A DNA stretch of 64,000 nucleotides from Laetmonice hystrix (lineage: Eukaryota). Below, in pieces: positions 47,317 to 59,300 of the stretch. Numbering within the stretch: position 1 is the stretch's first letter; every line of letters begins with the position of its first letter. The notes under the pieces were generated by a model that saw only the letters and a program-made list of their open reading frames with translations, had not been told where the DNA came from and searched no databases. The stretch lies in contig OZ249436.1 of the NCBI GenBank assembly GCA_965235115.1, positions 12,836,001-12,900,000 on the forward strand, written 5' to 3'. Both the position numbers and the translations under genes were made by a program.

Positions 47317-50300
47317 ATGCATGTAGATGATGCACTAAAGAGTTTGGGACGATGGGGAAAGTGGCAAGTTACTTTCTACCTGTTACTCAGTATTGCCAAT
47401 ACGTTTCCCGCTTCATGGCACATGCTTGCGATTGTATTTTTAGGTGAGTGGTTTCTTTTTATATACATGTACAAGGGCAAAAACTGGCATTGTTTAATAT
47501 TGTCAGTGGTTTCAGCATAACTATAGCACCTAACCGATTCTCTCAACTGGTTGGAACCATCAGCGCATCTCTTATTACAACTATACATGCACTTGCATGT
47601 AGTGTTTTGAGTCTCGTTGGTAATTCCCTGCAATCCCGCATGCATTCATATCATTCTCTTTAGAAACGATAGCACAAGACATAACAAAATATTGTAAACA
47701 ATAACCAAATATGACATTATACGTGCCATGGGACATATGAAGTATATGGCCTAAGTGATTTAAGCCCATAATATAGCCCCCCTCCCCAGGCGTAGTTCGA
47801 AAAGACATGCAGGGGCGGTGGATTGTGGGCGCCAAGGGGTGGGTTGTGTGTGATTGGATTGCACTTTTCAAGCAGAAAAAAATGATGAGGAAAATCACTT
47901 TCCAACTTTCCATAATCCCAACCCTCTCTGGGTCCGCCACTCACAGTACAGGTGATTGTGGGGCATGGAGATGAACCTTTCAAGAAACGGGCAAAAGAAG
48001 GATCACAGATTTACATATGAATATATTGGGTACCAGCATTTCCATTGCTGTCACCGCTTCTCTTTCCTTTTCTGGCTACTTACATCTGGCTACTTACATC
48101 AGGCGCGTGTCCTTGTCGAGGTTCGAACCCCGCCCCCCGCCCTGCTCAGAGCTCCCAATGTTTCTATAGGTTGATTGACACACGCCTTCGGCGATCAGAT
48201 GTGGAGCTTTGACCACCACGTCGTCGACCCCCCTCCCCTGCGAAAAGTCTTAGATACATTATTTGATTTAATTTTTATCGATAGTTTTACCACCTCTTCT
48301 CCTTGCAGATTTTACAACGTTTCAATCATTTTGTAGTCTAGTAATCTCAAGCACACAATATGCAATACATTTGTATTCGCACATTCAGAATATCCACTCT
48401 TGATAACTTACATAACTTATCTATAGGTTTACACTAAAGAATTCATCCGATGGTTTGGCCGAGATTTCACAGGCCCCACCCTATCGCCCCAAGCTGTGGT
48501 CCCAATGCGACGGCCATGACACATTCGTGCAGGTCAATTTTGTGCCGATTGTGCCGATTCATAGCGGGAAAGTGGGCGACTCGGTGTCAATTATCCCTGA
48601 CCTCTTTCTGACTCGCACACACGTGGACAATGAGAGATCAAGCGCCAAACCCTCGTCAGCTCAATCGCCATACATAGCATTGGCTAACAGTGCCCCATGT
48701 TCCACTACATAGGGCAGATGTCTACATCTCGTAAATTGTAACGCATCGCCACACGACCTTTTCATCGGCAGGAACTTGCAGGTGTGAACATTCTAAACTA
48801 CGTTTCCAGGAGCCCGACCAGATAGTTTTAGGCCACTTCATCATTCATATAAAATAGGTCATTCCCCTTCAAAATTGTGCTCCCCTTTGCGATTTTCTAA
48901 ACACGGACTGCCTACCCACAGACCTGTCGCGGTGCAGAATTCGGTAGAACAGTGAAAGCATCCTTGTTGCTGACGATGTCGAATACCACGCTGTCTCTCA
49001 TATACACGAGCTGGTGAAACATGGAGGTATAGGGCAGATTGTTTCTAATTGACTCTGTCACGCACGTGTCATGCCATCCCATCTTTGTGATGTCGATGAA
49101 GTGCAGTTTAAGTTGGACATTACCTGATTTATATCTCAATTATGTTTGTACATGTAGTAATACAACCAGAGTTATTAGGGCTCGCACAATAAGCAGCTGG
49201 GTGGTGAGATTACGATTGTCGGTATGGGATGGTTGACCTCGACCATTTCATTCTACACTGTACTTTGGTAAATCTATAGCATGCTCAGAGTGGATGCATA
49301 TAGTCGGATATAATTTGTTTCAGGTATCGCGAGAAGCTGGGAAGGAAGGAACTGTTAAAATTTGTAGCACAAACTGTTTTTATTGTTTAGCTCAGAGGTC
49401 TATTCTCTGCATGTATGTGGGGGCATGTTTTTTATAAGGGTAGATAAAAGGACTCTATAGATCTTCACTATGCACAGGCACCAGACTTAACTCAAGCACA
49501 TTCCGAAGCAGAAATTATATACACAGATGTGTAGGGGTGGGGCAAGCGTGCAGTTGATAAATGATCTGGGAGAACATAGGTGCAGAGGAAGACGATGGAC
49601 CTAAGTACTGTCTCGTAGACCTGTACATGTGAATACTGAACTAAGGCTCACTGTGTCCACCTCCTTACCTATCAGACCTGAAATATCTGTATGCGATCAC
49701 TCACTCCGTCTCCTTGGGGGATATGTTGGTGCTAATGGGACATGGCATCAGGGAAGTGTTCTCTTATGGTGAACAATGACATGACGAACCACGACATAGA
49801 ATAATCTATTCCGATTCCAGATCAGTCCTAAAGAATTAGAAGTTGGCATGATAATCCTATCGTTTATATGTATACATAGTACATACTATGGAAACTTTAA
49901 TTATACAATGGTCATCGAAACTTATTTCTTGCTCTGTGAATTACAATTCAGTAGGAGAGGGTCAGAATGCGTTCTTAAACAGTACAGGGGCATTTCCTCA
50001 GTTTAACGCCTGCCATTTGAAATCATTGTTAGTCCCTGTGCTTGTCATGAATTCTGTTCTCCTCCTCACAGAATGATTGGCACTATATCCGATTATTGTG
50101 ACATGTTTCGTCCTGTATCGGTCAGTTTTGTCCATGCGCAGGTACTGATGTGGTTCCGAAGTTTCGTATTCCCCACTCACACGTCTGGGGAAAGAATGAA
50201 TTATACGAGCTGACAGCCCTGTCTGAATGGTATGCAGGGCGGGCTGAGGTTCCACCCCAAGTGGAATGCTTGCGCGCTCCCGTTTCGCTGAGAGCAGGTA

Positions 50301-53300
50301 CGGACGCTGTGCCCCTTGGGTCTCACACCGTATACCTGGCGTCATACGTGGCCCCACCTGCTGGTTTATTATCAGACCATCCTCATTTCATGCCTAGCTA
50401 TGACGTCTGGAATCACCGGGGTTTACGCATGGCTCACGCACTGCGCTTCTCACAAAACCTCTCTCTCACCCTAAATTTAAAACAGTTTCCGACAGCTTCA
50501 CAGTACCCTTGAGTGATAACAGCCATGTTGTTTCAAGTCCACATGATGGTTTATACAGTGCAAATCATGTTTATGTTCATTAATCAGCTTCTTCACAGGG
50601 GTCAAACCACACAAGCTGTGGTGCAATCATTCGTGTTACCGCGGTATCATTTTGATAAAATCTCGTACATTTGCTGACGCACGTTGTATAGCCAGTCAGC
50701 AAGGCCAGGTTATAATTTCATCCTCGTAAAAAACGTAAATCGAGAATCGATGAGTATAAATAAAGTCAGGAGATAGGATCCAAACAACTTTTGGAAGCAA
50801 TTATTAGTGACTACAATTTCTCATACAGATGTATCCTGGCAGACCGCTTCAGGTCTTGGTGGAATAACATAATTCACCAGACAGTCGCACGCTCATAGGG
50901 TCCTACAGGAATTTTTAGGTCCCAGTCTGTGCGATTAAGAAAGCTGGACTTCCATACGCAGAACGGTATCTTATTAATTTTAACTCACAGAAACACAAAG
51001 GCCTATAGGCTTACCGACCTTGTAGACTAGCGCAGTTCATGATCTATGGATGCAAATGACGGGGTACTGTGGACCGGTCACCATGCAGTGTAAATGAGAA
51101 GTACGACGATTTGTGTGTAATTCCTATCGCTCATAATGATCTCACAGATTGCAGGGTCGTGGTCCACATGGAGGTGGTGTTGTCCTTGTCACGTTTAACC
51201 TGACATACATGACCTCTGTTTCATGGGCTGAGCCAAAAAGAGCCGTCCGCAGTCTTCAGGGCTAACAGTCTGACAATTATTCTTCCTGTCACCGAGTACA
51301 ACAGTTGAGCAACTGTACGAGCAGGAAAACGGTTGCCAAAAAACTTCAAAACTTTGCCTTTGTTTCTGTTGGAGACTGAACATGGTAGTCAACCTTTTTT
51401 CTTACCATTTTCCAAACTAAAAGTTGACTGTCTAGGCTCACGATCTATATCCATCAGTATCAGCGCGCTTTATGAATCCTGTGTGTTGAGAATGGTTGTG
51501 ATATTGTCCATCCACTGGTATTTCCTATAGGCCTATAGCTTAAACCTAATTAAATCCAAAGAGTGAAATCCTCGATCGATTTCATTCTGTAGCACACTAC
51601 AAATCAGATTCCATCTGTTTATAGCTATGTATAGGTCATAATGCCAATATTAGAAGGAGGAAGATGACCACAGGATGGGGTTAATGCCAGCTTTGTAAAG
51701 GGATGAATGATGATAAACGGCTAAATGATAATATCAATTACGCCTAAGGGCCTCCCACGCCTATAATCACAGGGGATACGTATGTGAATTCGAACATGAG
51801 GATGAAAAGTCTAAATTATGTAGGCCGTTTTTACAGGCGTAGACATAGCAGGGGCGGATCCAGGATTTCAGGAAAAAAAGGGGGGGGGGGCACCTTTTCG
51901 TGGATAATCGGTGGCCTATTTCCTGGGAGTCTGGGAGCCCTCCCCCAGAATTATTTTCAGGACCACCGGACACGTGTTTTCTGATCATATAGAGTAGAAA
52001 TTTCCCCCAAATCTTTCAACGAAATTCCATTATTTTTATGCATGAAACATAGAAAGTAGGCAAGAGTTTGGAAAATAGGGCTCCCCTATTTTCTTTTGGC
52101 TTCTATGAGTATAGAAGCCATTTTGAGTTGCCATGCTTTGCTCCAACATGTGTGTAACAAATCTTAAATGAATATACGTACATCCAATGTTGACAATTTT
52201 CCTATATTTCCCCCAAACGCTTTCAACATCAAGCAGACACGCTATCATTGGTAATACCTGCCTTTTAGCTGAGAAAAGAACGATAATCTGGACATATTAA
52301 CATGAATTCGTCAGTCGTGCACCGTAAATCCGTTCCTGCGCATTGATACGCCATTTGAACTGGGACTAGGAACGGACGGGGGAGTTCCCTGGTGTCACGT
52401 GACGCGCACCTGTCAGTTGAGGTGCTTTGCCGATACTTTTCATAGCTGTAACCGACAATGGTCATAACCATCACCTGGTCAACAGGCTTCGAGGTCAGTG
52501 CTCGCTGCGTGGCCGGCTAGGTGTGAAAACTGGCCGCGGTGCCGCGGCACCCGCCAGCGTGCGTGCTGGATGTCAGCCCACTGCTGTTTTTGTGTCGGGC
52601 ACTCGGCATCAAAGAACACATGTTTAGTAAAAAAAAAATCCTAGTAGATCTAATATGATTACATAATGATGGGATTGTTCTTAATTAATAAATCTTTCAG
52701 GGGGCCAAGAGCAGAACCATATAAAGTGAATGGTACATTCCGACTGGGACAATGGTTCATTCCGACCTGGACAGTGGTTCATTTTGACATCGGTACACTC
52801 CGATCATAATTCAGATCTAGGCCTACTAATATCTCGTTCACGTTTCCTGCGTTTTTAGCTGAAGTTGTGCCCTGTGCGTGGCATGTTGCCTGTTCAACCG
52901 TTGCAGCAAATAGCCTAATGCGGACGAATGTCTGTTTACATTACAAGTACCTGTTGGGGAATCCCCCCCTTCAGCGTGGGGCGAGAGCGTGAGAATGCAC
53001 AAGATAGGAAATGATGACGTCACGGTCGGGTTGTATACAGGTGGACTTTTGGCGAGCCGCCGTAATTCGCGAGGCAAAAGAATCCCAAGTTGCCACTCAA
53101 AAGTCTCCGTTATTATGAGTCATTCGCCGGGTATCAGGCCAGTTCCTTGTTATAAGTTCAAATGATATCGTCCGGGTTGGGCAGAACCAGTTTGTGATTC
53201 TCAAAGTGTGTGCACCTATCCTGCTTTAATAATCTTTTTCTACACGTTTCTACTCCAATAGGCCTATACGCCATATGACCTCTTCGTTGAAAATTCCCGG

Positions 53301-56300
53301 AACATGTGCAACTTGTAGGTTTCCTGTTTTATTATTTCACACACTGTTTCACACGTGCCCACTCAGTCTGATGTCAATAATGCTCATCACTAAACTGAAC
53401 ATCCATGTAGTGCTGAGTTAGCATGCATTGCCTTCTAGGGTTAATGGACATAATAATCCTTGCGGTATCCACTTAGCAGTAAATTGGGATTGACAAATGC
53501 CCCAAGAGTCATTCTACATGACAATGTAATTGCTTATTAATCGCCTCAGATTGCAGTGTAAATTCAATCTTGCCAACTTATTTCAGAATTCCTGTAGGCC
53601 TATTTATGGAGAGCGGGTATACGGTAACAGTACGCATGCCCTACACATGACCGGATGTTTTAGCAGACGTAAAGGCTGTTGATTTATCGTTTGGTTTCCT
53701 GGATAGTTCGTTTGGGACAGAACTGAACGCCCCCGCCAGAAAAAAAACCAGGCTCTCAAAGTTGGAGCACGCATGCCCTTCGCCCACTCCCCGGGCCACA
53801 GAGGAGGTGTAGATTTTCATTATTAGCAATTTCTATTTCTTGGTGCTATGGACCTGGTGGGATACCGTGAAGGGGAGAAAGAACTAGAAAAAAACACCAA
53901 ATAGAAACCCACCAACTTGAGCTTATACGCAGTTCTTTGGTGTCAGTGTCCCTGGAGGAGAATGGTGCGGATCCCTTCCCTCGAACTGAGGATGCATAAG
54001 CCTCATGAGTGTACATAAGCATACACATCACAACCATATACAATGTATCTGTAGCGAACGTACGAGACCTATACATCTGACCTAAGAATCATAATTTTTT
54101 TTGGGGGGGGGGCGTAGACTGAGGATGCATAAGCCTCATGATTACTCCGGGTAGGGCCTATAGGCCAAGGGGCGTTTGTTGACAGTTTTATCAATGGCTG
54201 CTGTGATGAAACAAGCACCCGCGCCCATCTGTGTACATTTCTCACTCTAAGGGAGTGGGTAAGTGAGACGGGTTTCAGATGAGGGTCGCCCTCCCCTCAG
54301 ATCCCATAACCTATACATGTATCGGTCGCTTAGATTGATTATTACTGACCCTAAAGGCCAGCGGAGCAATACACCGAGGGGAACGAGCGCGCTGTGGGAA
54401 TGCTTCCCGACGCCAGTCCATCTGAAACAGATAGGCGCCTCTTGATGACTGATGTGCAACTGACCAGGCAGAATATAATTTCTGGGGAAGAATGAAATCC
54501 GTCACAGCAAGAGAACATGTCTTTTAAGAATGTCATTTTGGAATTTTGTTGAGGTTTACCTTCACTTTAAGGGTGAAATTGACAGCAAACTTCTGTCAAA
54601 GTTAGAGAACAGATTAACTTGTGAAGCTTCGTTGTCAAATTGAAAAAAAGATTTCTACCTATATTGGCCTAATCCATTCATTATTTTAGACCCAATCCAC
54701 AAGGACGTTTTTCCACACGACTGAGATTTACCGTTGAGTATTTCTTCGGTTCTGGATAATTATCCTTTCGGTCAGGGTTACACCTGACACCTTCGCCTCT
54801 ATCGTCGGACCCATGCTGCGCCTATCCAACCTTATTAGTGTTGCTGATGAGCGGGCGCCACGTCGTAGTTCGCCCCTCTTTAATGACGTCACTCAAGACG
54901 TAACGTTCAGTAAAAACGGGAACGCGCAAAATGCATGCCAATAAAGGTCAACATCATGACGTATGTATACGTGTTAACATTAACATAATACTTGAAAATG
55001 AAAATTATGAAGCAAGGTAGGCCTAAGCCTGTATTATTAGATTAAGCCTGCACGGTGCCAACGATTGCTGATTGGCATAGGGGCCTATAGCCTATAGGCT
55101 GCAGGTGCTTAGGCCGTCTCTTGAGATGGTCATTTTACAAGCGACTCCAGAAGTGGAGGGCTCTGTAGCAACCACTTTTGTCATTTTTACCACTTTTGTC
55201 ACAGGTCACCACTTTTGTCACACAAAATGCTCACTTTTGTCACAGGTCACCACTTTTGTCACAACGTCTCCCACTTTTGTCGTTCTTAAGGACATCACTT
55301 TAGTCATAGATTTTGGACCGGTTTTGTTAAACTTGTCAAGGCCAAAAAAGACAGCGTGGCAGAAATGAGATGGTTTACGGATAACAGATCCATGAAGTCA
55401 GGGGCACATATTGCATTAGTTGATATTAAAACTTTTACTCCTTCATGAACAAATAATAATCAAGTGATTAATTAACCATTGGGCATAATTTATTGAATTA
55501 CTGTATGAAAGTAAGCAACATATGTGTGGTAAATAGAGTAGGTGAAAGCTATGCCAGTATACGCCCTCCTCTAATAAAGTCTTGTGCTATAAATACCAGG
55601 TAGTGGTTTCTATTGTCCAGGTTTGTTTGTCACACCTCACGCCGGTGACTCTGTCCGCGACCAGTCAATTACAGTCAACAGTTTTACCTGTAGACAGTAT
55701 GACACCGCCAGACATGCTTGGTTGTACACCTTGTGTTCATTTGGACAGACAGGACGGTGGAAACGGTGTCTTGATTAATGTGAAATATGTTCTACCTGTA
55801 AAACCTTCTGATGTTTAAGTCGGTGTTCACTCATATTGCTTTGTGGTAAAGAACACACTAAAATACAGCCATGTAGGCAATTGCTTTTGGAGGTGCGATC
55901 CTAATTTGTATATAAATGACTGTAACTATGTGGACCTTGACGTTGGGTGACGACTGTCGTATGCAGAACGTCGGTGTCACGTGCCTCATTGTCCATGGTG
56001 CCCTGATTTTATCATTTTTATTAATATCTTTTAATAAAATCAACTTGCAGGAAGACACTATGGATGGTCCCCCTATTTTTAGTGCTACAGACGGGATCTA
56101 CACCTCCAGGGCTTTGGTTGTTGCCTGTAAAATGTTTTTATCTTAGTAAAACAATGCGGTTGTGTGGGACACCACTCTGGAGGTCCAGCTTGACCTCCCC
56201 ACTATATAAAGCCACGAAACCACTGGTCAAATGTACAGTGAACGGTCACGTCTGAAAGTATCGCTTAGATAGACTCGGGTCTGTCTCCCATGAACTGGCT

Positions 56301-59300
56301 GATGGTCGGAAGGAGCTTGCATGGGTCCACGTTCGGTCGTAGTCTGGCAACACGTGCTGATGGTTCAAACACTGACAGTATGATGAGTCACACAGTATCC
56401 ACTTGGAGCCGGGAGGGTGCAAGGCTGAGAAAAGTGCGATACGACTCTTCTAAAGGGATGTAGCAATACAACCCGTTCCCCGTCAGTGGGTCGATCTGTG
56501 GCATAGTTCCGTATGGCGGCTATCATTGGGTTATCACGTGTTATCTCAGACGCCAGATCTTCGAACGGTAGGATGAACGAATCTAGTCGACTAAGACCAA
56601 ATTCACTTTTCTCTTCTTTCTCTCTCTCTCTCTCTCTCTCTCTCGCTCTCTCTCTCTATCTCTGCATCCCTCTCTGCCTCTCCCCCATATCTCTCTTGCT
56701 CCCTCCCTCTCGCCCTCCCCCATATCTCTCCTTTCCCCCCTCTCTCTGTCACCCTCTCTCTCTTTCTCCCTCTCTCTATTGCCCTCCCCTATCTCTCTTT
56801 CCCCTCTGTCTGTCTTTGTCTGTCTCTGTCTGTCTGTCTATACTACCACTACTATGCACGGCGCACCGAAGCAGACCTGGCTGGGAGGATCCTCTTTTGT
56901 TCAAAATGAAATGAAAAAGTTGAAAATACATTTACACGCCTTCTCCGGCCTTTTCTTTTACCGGTGCCAAATTTTATAACTTGCGAGCCTACGCATTATT
57001 AGAAGCACGTTAAGCACACATTTTACACAAAGACATCAATAACTATCCCGACACTCCAAGAACTATACCCTGACACTTCAAGATTCGAGGGTGAGCCGAA
57101 ATTAATTGTTCATGCCATGCCGATCACAATTCCAGGCCGCATGCGTACGAACCACCCACAAAAAAATTGAGTTGCGTTTTTATGTCAGCCAACAGTCACA
57201 GAAGACGACAGCACTGTCAAACGGCTAATGAAAAAAACACTAACAGACATTTAATGGCGCTTACGATCGGCCTAAAGCAGGACTTGCATGGTAATCTTGG
57301 GTGCATAGGTCTGTGTATCTGGGCCTTTTACACACAAACATCCACAGAGACAACAGAAAGACTCGAGTGACCAGCCAATACTGGGCTTGGAGTTCATTTT
57401 AGTAAAGAAACAACTCCAAAGAAATTTTTTTTCATCAAAACTTAACTCTTTAGATTTAATAGAAAATTATGATCTTTAGAAATTTTACACATCATTAGAT
57501 TACATTCAATCACATGGGGAGACTACAGACTTATTCTAAAGTGTGCCAAATTGACAAATCGTATTTTTGACATTGACAGAAATGTAAAGTAAATGCGTAA
57601 GTCGTACAACGTACAAACGGGTTCAAAAATCGTACATTGTACGCCAGAATCATACAAGTAGTCAGGTATATCACAGGAGGAGGGGGAAGAGATTTTTCAG
57701 TCTAAATATCAAGGTTATTAGAGAGAAATGTTCCGTGTGACAAAAGTGGGCAGAGTGCATGGTGCATGACAAAAGTCGTGGCCTAACAAATTTGGTCCAA
57801 AAATTATGAATAAAGTGGTACCCTCGAGAACGACAAAAGTGGGCTATTTTGGGACAAAAATGGTGACCTGTGACAAAGGTGGGCATTTTGTGCGACAAAA
57901 GTGGTGACCTGTGACAAAAGTGGTAAAAATGACAAAAGTGGTTGCTACAGGTCTCGAAACCCTGTAAAATCCTCATCTTTGCGCTTAGATATAGAATCTA
58001 TGCCTATGGCTTTAAGAAAGAATTGTTAAAAAGATAGGCCTACAAACACTGAGTAAGCCTAATCCTATATCGTATTGTCCGGGAGGAGGTGTCATCAGTT
58101 GTAGATCTAGGCCTAAGTCTGTCTAGGACCTATCATGCACACTTGAACAACCTCCACGCTAGAGTCCTCTTTTTCGAAAATTGTCATATATCATAGAGTG
58201 GCCTATACGCATGCAGGTTAACGGGCAATAGATCAGGGGTATTTGATGTTGAAGGCTAGATTCCCCCATTTAGGCCTACTTTGGAATTTGGGCCTGCAAT
58301 GAATATGGAAATACCTTATGTACCTCAGCTCTCGACATCCTATTGCCAATTGGCCTACTGTTTCAAAGGACCAAACATAATGGCCGCCTTGTATTGATTG
58401 TGGGGTGTCAACGCGTGTACATGCTCGTTCTGCACATCAAGTTAACCAGGCAAACATTGCAGGCCTAATGCATTGTCGTTGCATTGCGGTCAATAAGACA
58501 GTTTCTGGTTAATGCACTACTTAAATATACGAAGACCGTGTTAATATATATGCCTATTTACATGGGCATTCAACCAGAAGGACGACCGTGTTAATATATA
58601 TGCCTATTTACATGGGCATTCAACCAGAAGGACGAAATCATGCAGCAGCTAAGTATAGCATTGGTGCAAAGACAATCATGCGGTAATTACACAGGGTGCC
58701 CCCCAAAAATGTCCAGGAAAAAACAGGCAACCTGGGAATCTATGTTACCCCGGGACCTGATGGAGAATCTTCTTAAATGAGAAATAGTATTTATTTCATG
58801 GAAATTGGCCAAGCGAATCAAAAGTTATGCCATTTTTAGTGCAGCAAAGTCACATCCTAGTTCGTGATCCAGATCTGATTTTCTGAGAACAAGAACTTGC
58901 CGCCCAGTGGGGGATTAGTCAATAGGCAGTCACTGGTGGTAGTCAATCAGTCTGCTTATTGGGGTGGGGAACTTCTTTGATATCATTTTGCCCATATGTG
59001 TATGCACGGCCAAGATGGTTGACCAACAGTTCATAACGGAGCAGCGTGTCTTTATGGTCAAAACAGGTTGTAAAAAAGTAGAAAAGTGACGCAGTCAGCC
59101 ACTCCCATCCTGTGGCCAGTGCGTAACGTTTGCGTGCTTTGCGTGCTTACGTATACGCCCTGGCATAACCAGGAGTTAAACTCGTATTTTAGCTCAGGAG
59201 ATTTAACCAATCACCGACAACCTTGCGACCAATCAGGACAGTTCTTACAAGCGCTCTTCGGTCAGATCTTAAAGGTGCTATTCGTCTCGCACAGAATGGC

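Noticed and set aside
48100..48145. tRNA/SINE B-box GGTTCGAACCC
   Set aside because: No cloverleaf or A-box; the context fits a CAGGCGCG-type MITE fragment.
50150..50512. 120-aa ORF in SLC22 intron 1 (also 48912-49139 on -)
   Set aside because: No recognisable family and no partner exons; cannot be supported without a search.
55164..55330. CRISPR-like repeat-spacer appearance of the CACTTTTGTC units (also 35915-36374)
   Set aside because: Eukaryotic context, ~10-bp motifs with ~8-10-bp gaps, mirrored as a TIR, no cas genes.
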